From Terriglobia bacterium (lineage in GTDB: Bacteria; Acidobacteriota; Terriglobia; JAJPHL01; JAPKYU01), in the NCBI GenBank assembly GCA_965206645.1, contig CBDBKE010000001.1, positions 192,001 through 256,000 of the forward strand: 64,000 nt of DNA, given 5' to 3'. The notes beneath the pieces are model-generated. The model was not told where the DNA came from, made no database searches, and saw only the letters and a list, made by a program, of their open reading frames with translations. This document shows, one piece after another, positions 30,938 through 41,233 of this stretch; position 1 is the stretch's first letter, and every line of letters begins with the position of its first letter. Both the position numbers and the translations under genes were made by a program.

Positions 30938-30966
30938 AAAGCGGCAGGTATAATCCCTGCCGCTTT
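30938..30966 (-). terminator. Probable intrinsic terminator
   Basis: 11-bp perfect stem aaagcggcagg/cctgccgcttt, followed on the minus strand by acttttc. Confidence 0.55.
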
Positions 30967-31147
30967 CTGAGCTTTCAGCACACCCAGCTACCTGTCAGAC
31001 AGCCGGTGATCGGTTCCCTATGGCTTCAAGAGCCGTCGTAAAACGTCGCCCATCGCCAGCAGGGCAGTTCCGAATCTCTACCTCTGTCTCTTGCCCGCGC
31101 CTCCCTGTTTGGCGGTGCGCCGGCACCGGCAAGCTGGCTGGGAGGTC

Positions 31148-32343
31148 TCATGCCCGTGTTCCTCCCAGAAACTGCTGGTAGTTCCACATAATTTCCGAAG
31201 CCAGACGACCCCATGGGGGCGGATGGCCGTTCGGCTCGTCCCTCCGCACCGGCAGCCAACCTCGCACTTGTTCCCAGTCTGGCTCCTGCGCCGGCTGCCC
31301 ATTGACGCGGCTGAGCGAATCCGGGAGCCGGCAGAACAGTTCGCCGGCAGCGGCGTAAATCCAGTCGCGGGGCGAAGCATGCCAGCCCAACCGTGTCCAT
31401 TCCGGCCAGTGGCGCCAACTGCGGTGCCATCCGTGCTTGCGAAGCACATACAGCCATCCGTGCAGGCGGCGATGGACCGGCTGGCACCGCATCCACTGCT
31501 GCCGCAATTCCTGTTCAGAAGCATTCGCAGGTGCGCCCGTCAGACGCTCCAGTTCCCATCGCCACAACCGGCGTGCGTAGGCGACTGCTTCGTCCCAGAA
31601 CTCCCACCCCGGCCGGGGATCGCTCTCGGATGGGCATAACTTCCAGCGGGTGCAGGCAGTGACTGTTTCTGAAAACGTGCCAGCGGGAAGGGGATTTGCT
31701 CGGCAGGCAGGTTTTCCACCAGCCCGGCCAGGTGCTTGGCTCGTTCCCGGTAGGTTGGCGCATAGGCCCCGGCAAACAGAAGAAACGAGGTGGCCATGTC
31801 CAGGTAGAGCTTCGTCGTCCGGTAGTACGCCGTGTGCGACATGGTTGCCGAGGCGCCTGGACGCTCCTCGACGGTCTCCAGATGCTCAATCATTCGGTTG
31901 GTGAGCAGGCGCCAGGCGTCTTCCAGGGCAATGTCTAATGGCGAAAGCGTGGGAATCAGCGAGAGCACCTCCGGGTCGCCCCACACCACTTGGCCACAGG
32001 CCTGCAGTTCGTAGGCAAAGACGGTCGGCGCCAGCTTGCGCAGGTAACTGGTGCGCACGACGCCCAACGTGGTGTGACAGACCAAGTCGCAAGCGAGGAG
32101 AGCAGCTTCTATTTGCTGTCGAAGCCCCTCCACATCGGGCGTGGGGGGAAGGGGGGAGTGTCCATCAAACAACAAGAGAAAATCGGCGTCCCCGAGCCGG
32201 TGGCAGCGCTGGGCCTCCCTGACCACCGTGGCCTCCTCGCGCGCCAGGCTACCGGTCAGCACGATGGCCTTGAGACGCCGTCTGTATTTTTGCAAGCAGT
32301 AATCCTGGGTCTGTTCGCAAATGGCGACCTTGACCGCCTCCAT
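31148..32343 (-). pseudogene. Nucleotidyltransferase-fold hypothetical protein with a single-base frameshift
   Basis: TGSLAR..GDAD (GS..DxD) motif; adding one base to the A4 run at 31672-31675 joins the two ORFs into one reading frame. Confidence 0.65.
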
Positions 32344-32401
32344 GGCGTGCGATTCCAGTGGGGTGACCAGACCGATTTTTTGTACCAACCGTAGTGAGAG
32401 T

Positions 32402-32967
32402 TCACATCGCAGCCTGGGGCTGTGAAACTGGTTTCAGTGGCAGGGGAGGGCTATAGGCCCCCGGCGCCGAGGGCCTATAGGCGAGCGCCGAGTGCGGCCG
32501 CACCGTGTTGTATTGCACCCTCCACTGTTCAATCACCACCTGTGCCTCCTTCAACGAGTAGAAGATCTCTCCATTCAGGCATTCGTCCCGCAGCTTCCCA
32601 TTGAAACTCTCGCAGTACCCGTTCCCCCAGGGACTGCCCGGTTCGATGTACAGTGTCCCGGTCCCTAGATTTGCCAACCACTGGCGCAGTTGTTTGGCGA
32701 TGAACTCGGGACCATTGTCGGATCGAATCTGTTCCGGTATCCCTCGCCACAACATCACGTCCGACAACGCCTCAATGATTTGTTGGCTGCCCATCCTCCG
32801 CTCCACCCGGATCGCCAGGCATTCCCGCGTGTACTCATCCAGCAAGGTCAGCAGCCGCAGCGTTCTCCCCTCGTGCGTTCTGGCACTCATGAAGTCGTAG
32901 CTCCACACGTGGTTCGGTCGCTCCGGCCTCAGTCGTACACAGGAACCGTCGTTCAGCCACAGCCGTA
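32402..32967 (-). pseudogene. IS3 element A transposase OrfB, 3' part (DDE core)
   Basis: NHVWSYDF, DEYTRECL, RSDNGPEF, ESFNGKLRDECLN, RPHSAL. Confidence 0.9.
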
Positions 32968-33037
32968 TGACCTGCCTGGCGATTTCCGGACCAGCTGAAG
33001 CCTGAGAGAATGGCGCCCTCGGAGAAACGAGGGAGCC

Positions 33038-33301
33038 ATGAAGAAGACCCGGTTTACCGAAGAGCAGATGGTGACGATCCTCCGCGAGGCCGATCAGCGG
33101 CCCGTTCCGGAGGTGGCCAAAAAGAACGGCGTCAGCGCCCAGACGCTCTACGCCTGGCGGAAACACTTCGGCACGTTGGAGCCCGCCGATGTGAAGCGGC
33201 TGCGGCAGCTCGAGCAGGAGAACGGCCGGCTGAAAAAGATGGTGGCCGATCGAGATCTGGAGATCGACGTGCTCAAGGAGATCACCCGAAAAAAATGGTA
33301 G
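33038..33301 (+). CDS. IS3 element B OrfA (HTH)
   Basis: MKKTRFTEEQ..TLYAWR..RLRQLEQENGRLKK; ends in A7 slippery run 33289-33295. Confidence 0.92.
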   Translation: MKKTRFTEEQMVTILREADQRPVPEVAKKNGVSAQTLYAWRKHFGTLEPADVKRLRQLEQENGRLKKMVADRDLEIDVLKEITRKKW

Positions 33302-34218
33302 GCGCACGCGTGCGCCGGCCGCAGGTCGCGTATGCACGTGCACGCGGTCTGTCGGGTCGCCGCGCGTGCGCCTTGCTCTCCGTCGCACGGTCCACGCTGG
33401 GCTACCAGTCGCGGCTGGTCGACCGGGATGCCCCGGCGCTGGCCGCGATGCGTCGTCTGGCGGCGCAGTATCCGCGGTACGGCTATCGCCGGATTCGGAT
33501 TTTCCTAAAACGCGAAGGGCACACGATGAGCACGGACCGGACCCATCGCCTCTGGCGCCAGGCGGGGTTGCAGGTGCCTCGGCGGCGGCCGCGGCGCCGG
33601 GTCGCCCTGAGCCGGCCCCGCCCGGTGCCCGCCACTGCGGTCAATCACGTCTGGGCGTACGACTTCGTGTTCGACACCTGCGCGAATGGGCAGACGCTCA
33701 AGTGCCTCACCGTCGTCGACGAATGGACCCGCGAGTCACTCGCGATCGACGTGGCCGGCGGCATTCGGTCCGGGCGCGTTATCGAGGTGCTCACGCAGCT
33801 CGTGAGCGTCCACGGAGCCCCACGTTACCTCCGGTCCGACAACGGCCCCGAGTTTGTCGCGGGTGCGATTCTCCGGTGGCTGCTCCAGGCGCAGATCGAA
33901 ACCGCGCTCATCGAGCCGGGCAAGCCGTGGCAGAATGCGACCGACGAATCGTTCAACGGGAAGTTCCGCGACGAGTATCTGAGCCTGCAGTGGTTTCGGA
34001 ACCGCGTGGACGCGAAGGTGGGGATCGAGCAATGGCGACGGCACTACAACGACGTGCGACCGCACTCGAGCCTTGGCTATCTGACGCCAGCCGAGTTCAA
34101 AGCGCAGCTCCGTGCTGGCTCGGATGACGGTGGGCGCTCGCCGGCGATGCCGGCTCACGCTGACCAAGAAGAACACGAGAGCGACTTAACCATGCCGACT
34201 GGCGCTGTTCTCCAGTAA
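33298..34218 (+). CDS. IS3 element B OrfB (DDE transposase, -1 frame)
   Basis: RYGYRRI, VWAYDF, RSDNGPEF, PWQN..ESFNGKFRDE, RPHSSLGY.TP. Confidence 0.92.
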   Translation, partial: VGARVRRPQVAYARARGLSGRRACALLSVARSTLGYQSRLVDRDAPALAAMRRLAAQYPRYGYRRIRIFLKREGHTMSTDRTHRLWRQAGLQVPRRRPRRRVALSRPRPVPATAVNHVWAYDFVFDTCANGQTLKCLTVVDEWTRESLAIDVAGGIRSGRVIEVLTQLVSVHGAPRYLRSDNGPEFVAGAILRWLLQAQIETALIEPGKPWQNATDESFNGKFRDEYLSLQWFRNRVDAKVGIEQWRRHYNDVRPHSSLGYLTPAEFKAQLRAGSDDGGRSPAMPAHADQEEHESDLTMPTGAVLQ

Positions 34219-34247
34219 TCGGTGGTCCGAAGAAAGCCGGCAGGTCA

Positions 34248-34830
34248 CGTCCTCGCGGCCTTTGTTTTTGCGGCACTTTCAGCCCTTCCCGCCGCCAAAT
34301 CCGCTGCACCCGGTCCTTGCCCACTTCCCAGCCCGCACTCCGCAGCAACGCTGTGATCCTCCGGTAGCCATATCGCCCGTACTTCGCTCCCAGGGCAATG
34401 ATCGCTCGGGTCAGAGCATCCTCGTCCACCCGATGAATCGGCTCGTATCGTTGTGTCCCTCGCCATTGCCCCAGCAGCCGGCAGGCATGCCGTTCCGACA
34501 ACCCGTGTTGCTCCCACGCACGCTCCACCGCACAACGCCGCCGCTCAGGGCTCAGAAGTTTCCCTGTGCCACATCCCGCAGTACCTGCTTCTCCAGAGAA
34601 AGCTCCGCTACCAACCGCTTCAGCCGCGTGTTTTCCTTCCCCAACTCCTTTAGCCGTTTTGCCTGCACCACCTTCAGCCCGCCGTATTCCTTCCGCCACC
34701 GGTAGTAGGTTTGGGTGTGGATTCCAGCTTCTTTGCAGGCTTGGGGCGCAGTCTTCCCGTTCCCCATCTGCACTTCTATCTGCCGTAGCACCGCTACAAT
34801 CTGCTCCGGCTTGTAACTCCTTGTCGGCAT
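34248..34830 (-). pseudogene. IS3 element A OrfA and OrfB 5' part
   Basis: OrfA YKPEQIV..QTYYRWRKEYGG..RLKEL..EN.RLK; GGGAAAC slippery site at 34558-34564; OrfB LSPERRR..YGRYGYRRI. Confidence 0.9.
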
Positions 34831-34897
34831 GACTTCACTTCCTCCTCAAGTGGATTCTCTCTCTTTCCACTTGGTACAAAAAGTGCCGGTCAGGTCA

Positions 34898-35250
34898 AAA
34901 TGGTCCAAGTAAGCTCTCATCTCGCGGCAGGACATCCCTGAGCGGTTCGAGAAGACGATTTCGGCACTTCCGTCTCCTGTGTCATGGGTCGTCCTGTGAT
35001 CGCGGCAATACCAGGAAAGGCGCTCCAACAAGTAACGCACCATGTAGAAGTAGAGCCGATAACGTTCCTGAAACTTCTCTGGCTCCTTGATCGAGGGTTT
35101 ATGGACCAGGACTGAAACCGTCCGAAGGTCGGCCTTGCTGATCTTGTCTACGAAGGGGAGGCGCTGCTCGTGGCTGAGGTCTTTAAAATGGAGCGGCTTC
35201 TTTCGGGGCTTGCGCAATTGATCTCTCAGCCGGTCTACTAATTTAACCGT
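34898..35250 (-). pseudogene. Internal fragment of a DUF3800-like protein
   Basis: LHFKDL..R..LY.Y..RYLLERLSW..IVFSNR pattern; no start and cut at the IS end. Confidence 0.55.
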
Positions 35251-35807
35251 CGTGAGTAAAGGCCGGAGTCATGTAGGTCGCACCGACTTGGGTTGTCAAC
35301 GGCGGCAGCGCAATCCAGCCACGGCAGGGGGTGTGGCGGGCGTCATTTATATTCATAAACGTCATTCCGAATTACAAGATTCTGGCTCGGGCTGGTACCA
35401 TCAGGACCCGCGCCCGACCCGCGTGGCGGAAGCCTCGCATGCGCGGTGTGATGGTGGTGCGATGTGGGGTTGCCAGCGGCACAGGCTCCGCGCCATGGAG
35501 CGGCGGCTAGACCACCTGTGCGCCCTGGCCCACGGCAGCCTCGCCAGACTGGGGCGAGGAGCCGGCCCTGCCGAGTCTCAAGAGTGAGTCCCCCCAGGAT
35601 CAACCTTCCAGCTTCACCGGGGGCGCATAGTGACGGTACGCGCCTGTCGATCTCTGGTGATCTCCAGGGCATCATCGAAGTGCTGACAGGGGTCTGTTGC
35701 GGTGACGATTCAGGCTCCTCGACCGGGCTTCCGAGTTCTTATGCGCCCCGGAATGCGCCCCTGGGCTTCACGCCGACAGCCTGAACGACGGCAATCTATT
35801 GAAAAGA

Positions 35808-35882
<75 letters not shown>

Positions 35883-36287
35883 TCTATTCAACAACTTCAA
35901 GCGATAGGGCTTACATACTTTCTAGCATGCCGGACAACATAAATACAACAAGAGCCTTACTCCACACCGGGGATCGTAGCCAAATGGAGCGTTGAAACCG
36001 TGCGTTCCTCAATCGTCGATCCAGGTTGTCCTGTGGATCCACTGGCCTACGATCGCCAGCGCAGAGAAGCCCACAAACTGAGTGTTTCGAATGCACACTT
36101 GCAAGACATTCCGTCCTGTCCTGATGCCCGATTTCTTACGCAGACGCAGAAGAACCCGAAGCCCGACCGTCAGTCACAGCCATCTCTCATGGGTCCTCAT
36201 CTGGGTCGGCTCTTGCTACAATACGAGCGGAATACGTCTGGTGAATCTTGAGGAGAGGGCCTGAAAACCTTGTCGAGAGAGGATCTA

Positions 36288-36671
36288 GTGAATCGCCGAA
36301 ACTGTTTACTATTGATTGGAACTGCCGTTGCAGGCCACTGCGCAGCACCCGGGGCGACGAAAGCCACGCAGCTCCACGTAAACCTTGATGTGGACCCGGC
36401 CCAGGAGAGCGAACTGATTGCCAACTTCCGAAACACCTTCCGCCCGGCGATAAGCAAGCAGCCTGGATTTATCGAGGTGAAGTTGTTGAAGCTCCGATCG
36501 GCCTTTGGGGGGCAGGCACCCCAGAACACCAACTACCGGCTGATTATCAGCTTCGAGACTGAGTCGCAGCGTCTGGCGTGGGTGGCAACTGAAGAGCACC
36601 AGCGGGCATGGCCAACCATCAAGAAGACATTGAAAGCTTCCAGGGGCCTCTTGCTCTACGATGTTGTGTAG
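36288..36671 (+). CDS. Antibiotic biosynthesis monooxygenase (ABM)-like protein with Tat-like signal
   Basis: NRRNCL signal, QPGF..V.LL, F.TE..R.AW.A..EH. Confidence 0.7.
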   Translation: MNRRNCLLLIGTAVAGHCAAPGATKATQLHVNLDVDPAQESELIANFRNTFRPAISKQPGFIEVKLLKLRSAFGGQAPQNTNYRLIISFETESQRLAWVATEEHQRAWPTIKKTLKASRGLLLYDVV

Positions 36672-37054
36672 GCTGAGCGCGCACCCTATTTCGATGTGCT
36701 GCTGTCGCTAGCCACTTTTCTGGGGTTGCCGGCGACTGTAGGCCGTTTTGCAAATCGTTTTCCGGTAGTGGCTAAGCTTGCGACGCTGACAGGGTAAGCG
36801 GCCGCACCTCGTCCCCTTTTACTCCTGCGACGCGCTGTCGGGTTGGATCGATCTTAACGAAAAGAAAGCGCGCTTATGATTAGCATCGCCGACATGCGAA
36901 TCAGGGAAGATTGAATGCGGGCATGGTTCCCCTCATTCTCAGTATGGTGCCGCTTTTTCTGTTGATGCATCGGATGCAGTCGTTCAACTCCAGGCTGGGC
37001 CGGATGTTCATTCATGTTTCCCTCCCCGTCCTCTCTTGAAGGCGTTCTGTGGCG

Positions 37055-37084
37055 TTGACAGAGATCGTACTACGGTACTAAGAT
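37055..37084 (+). promoter_or_regulatory. Sigma70-like promoter with palindromic operator in spacer
   Basis: TTGACA-N18-TAAGAT; CGTA-C-TACG palindrome at 37066-37074; GGAGG RBS downstream. Confidence 0.55.
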
Positions 37085-37104
37085 TCCCGCGACTGGAGGG
37101 CCGT

Positions 37105-38310
37105 ATGGCGTCAGGGAGAGCGATAGGGATCGGTGTAATTGGCATGGGATGGATGGGGTTGGTTCACAGCCGTGCATACAGACAATTCCGCGATCGGTTT
37201 CCTGACAGCGAGATCCGGCCCCGTCTAGTGATCTGCGCCGATGACGTGGGAAATCGCGCCCAAGAGGGACAGGACCTTCAGGGATTTGAAAGTTGCACCA
37301 CCGATTGGCGAGAAGTGATCGCACACCCGGACGTTGAGGCGGTGGACATCACTGCGCCAAACATCTTGCACCTGGAAATGGTTCGAGCAGCAGCCGAGGC
37401 CGGTAAGCACGTATCCTGCGAGAAACCCATGGGGCGAAGTCCGGTAGAGACCGCCGAGATCGTGGCCGCAGCCCGCCGCGCAGGGGTGTTCACCAGTACT
37501 GGCTTCAACTACCGGTTGGCACCAATGGTGCAGTATGCACACCAACTGGTCCGGGCAGGACGGCTTGGAAAGATTACGCACTGCCGAGCCCGGTTCTTCG
37601 CCGGATACGGGGCCGATCCGAGGTCAGTGCTCTCATGGAGGTTCGAGCGCTCAATCGCAGGCTCGGGAGTACTGGGCGACATTATGTCACATATGATTGA
37701 TATGTCGCACTTCCTTGCAGGCCCGATTCAGAGCCTGGTTTCGACCAAAGAAACGTTCATCCCACAACGTCCGATTGCATCGCACGGTGTCGGCACTCAT
37801 TTCACCAAGAGCGCCGGTGGTGAGCTAGGTGAAGTCACCAATGAAGATTACGTGAGCGCACTGGTCCGGTTCACGAATGGCGCTCGGGGCACTTTAGAGA
37901 CTTGCCGCGTGGTCAGCGGACAAAAATGCCAATTTCTTTTCGAGATCCACGGAACGGATGGTGCTTTGAGCTGGGATTACGAGCGGATGAATGAAGTGAA
38001 ACTGTTTCTACCGGATAGTCCGGAGCACGAGGGATACACCCGTATTTGCGGTGCACCAAATCATCCCTTTTTTGCCAATTTCTATCCCGGTCCAGGCAAT
38101 AGCATGAGCTATGAAGACCTGAAAACGATCGAGGCCTTCCAGTTTCTGCAGTCCGTGAAGACCGGCGTGCAGGGAGAACCAGGATTTCGGGAGGCGCTGG
38201 CCGTGGCGGAAGTACAGGCAGCGATTATTCGTTCCTGGGAGTCCGGAACGTGGGAAAAAGTCCAAACGATCAGTACGGGAACAGCCCAGGAGGTGGCTAA
38301 CATCCGATGA
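37105..38310 (+). CDS. Gfo/Idh/MocA oxidoreductase (inositol/sugar dehydrogenase-like)
   Basis: IGVIGMGWMG..H, CEKP, GFNYR..P, WRF..GSGVLGD..SH..D. Confidence 0.92.
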   Translation: MASGRAIGIGVIGMGWMGLVHSRAYRQFRDRFPDSEIRPRLVICADDVGNRAQEGQDLQGFESCTTDWREVIAHPDVEAVDITAPNILHLEMVRAAAEAGKHVSCEKPMGRSPVETAEIVAAARRAGVFTSTGFNYRLAPMVQYAHQLVRAGRLGKITHCRARFFAGYGADPRSVLSWRFERSIAGSGVLGDIMSHMIDMSHFLAGPIQSLVSTKETFIPQRPIASHGVGTHFTKSAGGELGEVTNEDYVSALVRFTNGARGTLETCRVVSGQKCQFLFEIHGTDGALSWDYERMNEVKLFLPDSPEHEGYTRICGAPNHPFFANFYPGPGNSMSYEDLKTIEAFQFLQSVKTGVQGEPGFREALAVAEVQAAIIRSWESGTWEKVQTISTGTAQEVANIR

Positions 38311-39353
38311 GCAATCGAAGTTTGCGCTGGGGGCTGATGAGCACTGCGGCCATCAACGAGAGAATGATTCCTGCGATTCGGAATTCAGGCCGTTCCAGTG
38401 TCGTCGCGGTCGCGAGCCGGAGCCGAGAGAAAGCGGAGTCGCACGCTGCGAAATGGGGCATCCCTCGCGCCTATGCCGGATATGAGGCCTTGCTCAAGGA
38501 TCCGGAGGTCGATGTTATTTATATTTCGCTGCCGAACTCCAGTCATAAGGAATGGAGTGTACGCAGCGCCGATGCGGGAAAACACGTTTTGTGCGAAAAA
38601 CCACTGGCCCTGACGACCGATGAAGTTGACCAGATGGCGACGGCGGCGCAGCGGAACGGGGTGATCATTCAGGAGGCCGCGATGTACCGTTGTCATCCGC
38701 AAACCTTTCGTGTTCTTGAATTGGTCAAGGAAGGAAGCATTGGAGAACTGCTGGTGATTCAAGGGGTTCACAACTTCACTCTTGATATCGAGCACGACTT
38801 CAGATGGGATCCGAAACTCGGTGGAGGGTCGCTTTGGGATATGGGCATATATCTCGTCAGCTTCGCGCGCATCATTGTGGGTGCTGAGCCTCTGGAAGTT
38901 ATGGGATGGCAGGTCCTCAGCAAATCCGGCGTGGATCTCAACTTTGCTGGCCAGATGCGATTTCCAGGCGGCGTCATAGCTCAGTTGGTCAGCAGTTTCG
39001 AGACCACAGCCGAGACCGGGTTGGTCTTACTCGGCAGGGAGGGAGTCATCCATCTGGATCTGCCTTTCATGAATCGTCCCGGGATTCCCGGCCATGTCAG
39101 CGTGATTCGCTACGGCGCTCCTACAGAGGGCACGTTCGGTGACGAACCATCCAGTGTGGACACCAAGACGATTACGTTTGGAGGCGATTCCTATCAATGC
39201 CAGGTGGAAGCGCTGGCGGCGAGCATTCTCGATGGCGCGCCGGTCGTGCTGCCGTTAAGTGAAAGTCGCGGAAACACAGCAGCTACAGTAGCTTTGTACG
39301 AATCGGCCGAAAAAAATGCTCCGGTCCCACTGCCAGCTCAGGCAGCGCATTGA
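38307..39353 (+). CDS. Gfo/Idh/MocA oxidoreductase (xylose dehydrogenase-like)
   Basis: LRWG..STA.I, YISLPN..H, GKHVLCEKP, GGGSLWDMG.Y; ATGA overlap. Confidence 0.92.
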   Translation: MSNRSLRWGLMSTAAINERMIPAIRNSGRSSVVAVASRSREKAESHAAKWGIPRAYAGYEALLKDPEVDVIYISLPNSSHKEWSVRSADAGKHVLCEKPLALTTDEVDQMATAAQRNGVIIQEAAMYRCHPQTFRVLELVKEGSIGELLVIQGVHNFTLDIEHDFRWDPKLGGGSLWDMGIYLVSFARIIVGAEPLEVMGWQVLSKSGVDLNFAGQMRFPGGVIAQLVSSFETTAETGLVLLGREGVIHLDLPFMNRPGIPGHVSVIRYGAPTEGTFGDEPSSVDTKTITFGGDSYQCQVEALAASILDGAPVVLPLSESRGNTAATVALYESAEKNAPVPLPAQAAH

Positions 39354-39428
39354 CAAACGGTGCGAGATCCTCCTGGATAGCTCCAGTACTGTAGGGGCGA
39401 AGGTAACTGCTAATCGTGATATTTCTTC

Positions 39429-40226
39429 ATGGTAACTCCTAAACAATCACACGGCCCATTTCGGCTGTCGGTGTGCGCGGAAATGGTTTACCCCAATCTC
39501 CCTTTTGTCGAGCGCGCAAAAAAACTGAATCAGGCGGGATTTCTAGTCGACTTCTGGACGAGGGCAGGCCCCGAGATCAACGAATTGACAAAGGCGGAAA
39601 TCCGAGTTGGCACGATGGGGGTTACCACGGACGGGAGCATGATGCACCCGGATGGAGTGGAACCTTTGCTCGCGGGTGTGCGCCAACGTTTACTTGTCGC
39701 TGAGAAGCTCCACTGCACCGAGTTGAACTTGTTGCTGGGAGTGCTCGGCCCGAACGGAGAAGTCATTCATGCGATCGCCGAGCATCCAGCGACGAGGTGG
39801 ATCACTGCCTATAGGACCCTGTGCCGGATCGCGGAACTAGCGGAAAAGCACAATGTCATTTTCAACCTTGAGCCGTTAAACACGAAAACCGACCACCCTG
39901 GCTATGCGCTCTCGCGGATCGGCGATGCAGTGCGATTAATTGAACAGGTCGGTAGTCCCCGCGTCAAGATCCTCTTCGACATCTACCACCAGCAGGTAGA
40001 GGAGGGAAACACGATTCAACTGGTCCGGCACTACCACCCATATGTCGGCTATATCCACGTCGCGGATGTCCCGGGTCGGCATGAGCCGGGCACCGGTGAA
40101 ATCAATTACCCTAAGGTGGCAGAGGCTCTTCGTGAGGTTGGATACCAAGGAGTAGTCGGGCTGGAAGCGATTCCCTTGGCTGATGATGAACAGGCTCTAG
40201 GCCGTTTCCGTGAGGTGTTTGGCTAA
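39429..40226 (+). CDS. Hydroxypyruvate isomerase family TIM barrel protein
   Basis: LEPLN..DHPGY, FDIYHQQ..EGN, HVADVPGRHEPGTGEINY. Confidence 0.9.
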   Translation: MVTPKQSHGPFRLSVCAEMVYPNLPFVERAKKLNQAGFLVDFWTRAGPEINELTKAEIRVGTMGVTTDGSMMHPDGVEPLLAGVRQRLLVAEKLHCTELNLLLGVLGPNGEVIHAIAEHPATRWITAYRTLCRIAELAEKHNVIFNLEPLNTKTDHPGYALSRIGDAVRLIEQVGSPRVKILFDIYHQQVEEGNTIQLVRHYHPYVGYIHVADVPGRHEPGTGEINYPKVAEALREVGYQGVVGLEAIPLADDEQALGRFREVFG

Positions 40227-40386
40227 GCCGATCCGAAAGGTGGTCTGCGAGATCCTCTCTCGGTCGAGATAGAGGAACGCTTCCCCCTGAGCAACTCGAA
40301 GCCCCATACCGCGATCCAATCACCCTAGCACCGCCCGAAGTGACTACTGATAAATTCGCCTCAGCGGATTCTCTTCTGGCGCGCTT

Positions 40387-41184
40387 TTATTTGTCTTTTA
40401 TATTTTCTAATTGCTGTTCCTCTAAAATAGGGACATCCGGTTCCAGGGTTTTCCACCCCTCGGGATGGTCCGGATGAAGAACGCCGTAAAGAGTCTTGCC
40501 AGCTTCAGGTACCAAGGCCCTCACCGCGATACGGGCACCTCTACCGTCCCGCCTGCAGATCGCATCTGAAACCGCTTTGTGAAGCGGCAAACCAACGGAG
40601 GGTAAAAGGTGTCTTGTGATACGTTGCGTGCTACGTAGCGCCATTCTGATGGTCGCACCCATCTTTTTTAAAAGCTCGTTGTGGGAAGCGATAAAAATCG
40701 CATTGTGGAACTTTACGTCTGCCGCATCGTACGCGTCACCGTCGTCGGCAAAAAGTTCGGCTTGGCGGTAGGCGTCTCTTATTTTGCCTAAGTCCGCCAC
40801 GGAGCCCCGAAGCGCTGCGAGCTCACAGGCCGCCGTCTCAGCGATCAACCGAACTTCACAAAGATTTCGCACGAACAGATCGTCGACCCCCGCCTCACCT
40901 AGCCAGGCAAGTAGCTCTGGATCGAGGAGGTTCCATTCGTCGCGTGGTCGTATGCGGATGCCGACCTTGGGACGGACCTCCAGCAGACCTTTCGCGGCGA
41001 GCACTTTTGTCGACTCTCGGAGAACGGTTCGGCTAACCTTCAGGTGCTTTGCGAGATCGGTCTCGTTGGAGAGTCCGGGCTCTCGATCCGGAAACTTACC
41101 CTGCAGGATCTGTAATGCAAGATATTGGGTGATTTGATCGTGCAGTCTTTGTCTCTTGATTGGCGGGCGCCGTAACAAAGGCAT
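40387..41184 (-). CDS. FadR/GntR family transcriptional regulator (DgoR-like)
   Basis: wHTH E..LA....VSRTVLRE..K.L..KGL, WNLLDP..L.W, FCD domain D..FH..I..ASHN. Confidence 0.92.
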   Translation of the reverse strand: MPLLRRPPIKRQRLHDQITQYLALQILQGKFPDREPGLSNETDLAKHLKVSRTVLRESTKVLAAKGLLEVRPKVGIRIRPRDEWNLLDPELLAWLGEAGVDDLFVRNLCEVRLIAETAACELAALRGSVADLGKIRDAYRQAELFADDGDAYDAADVKFHNAIFIASHNELLKKMGATIRMALRSTQRITRHLLPSVGLPLHKAVSDAICRRDGRGARIAVRALVPEAGKTLYGVLHPDHPEGWKTLEPDVPILEEQQLENIKDK

Positions 41185-41233
41185 AGTATTGAGCCTGAAA
41201 TGTGCTATCGCGTATCTAGCTGGAATTGACCGG

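Larger units (their letters stand above)
32968..34247 (+). mobile_element. IS3-family element B (apparently intact)
   Basis: Ends TGACCTGCCTGGC..CGGACCA and (rc) TGACCTGCCGGC..CGGACCA; flanked by cgt(a)/cgt(c). Confidence 0.93.
32364..34897 (-). mobile_element. IS3-family element A, interrupted by element B
   Basis: Ends TGACCAGACCGATTTTTTGTACCAA and (rc) TGACCTGACCGGCACTTTTTGTACCAA; orfA 34552-34830; orfB split at RPRGR/LWLNDGSC. Confidence 0.92.

Noticed and set aside
32402-33388. 328-aa transposase ORF in the track
   Set aside because: Chimera of element B antisense sequence and the 3' half of element A OrfB
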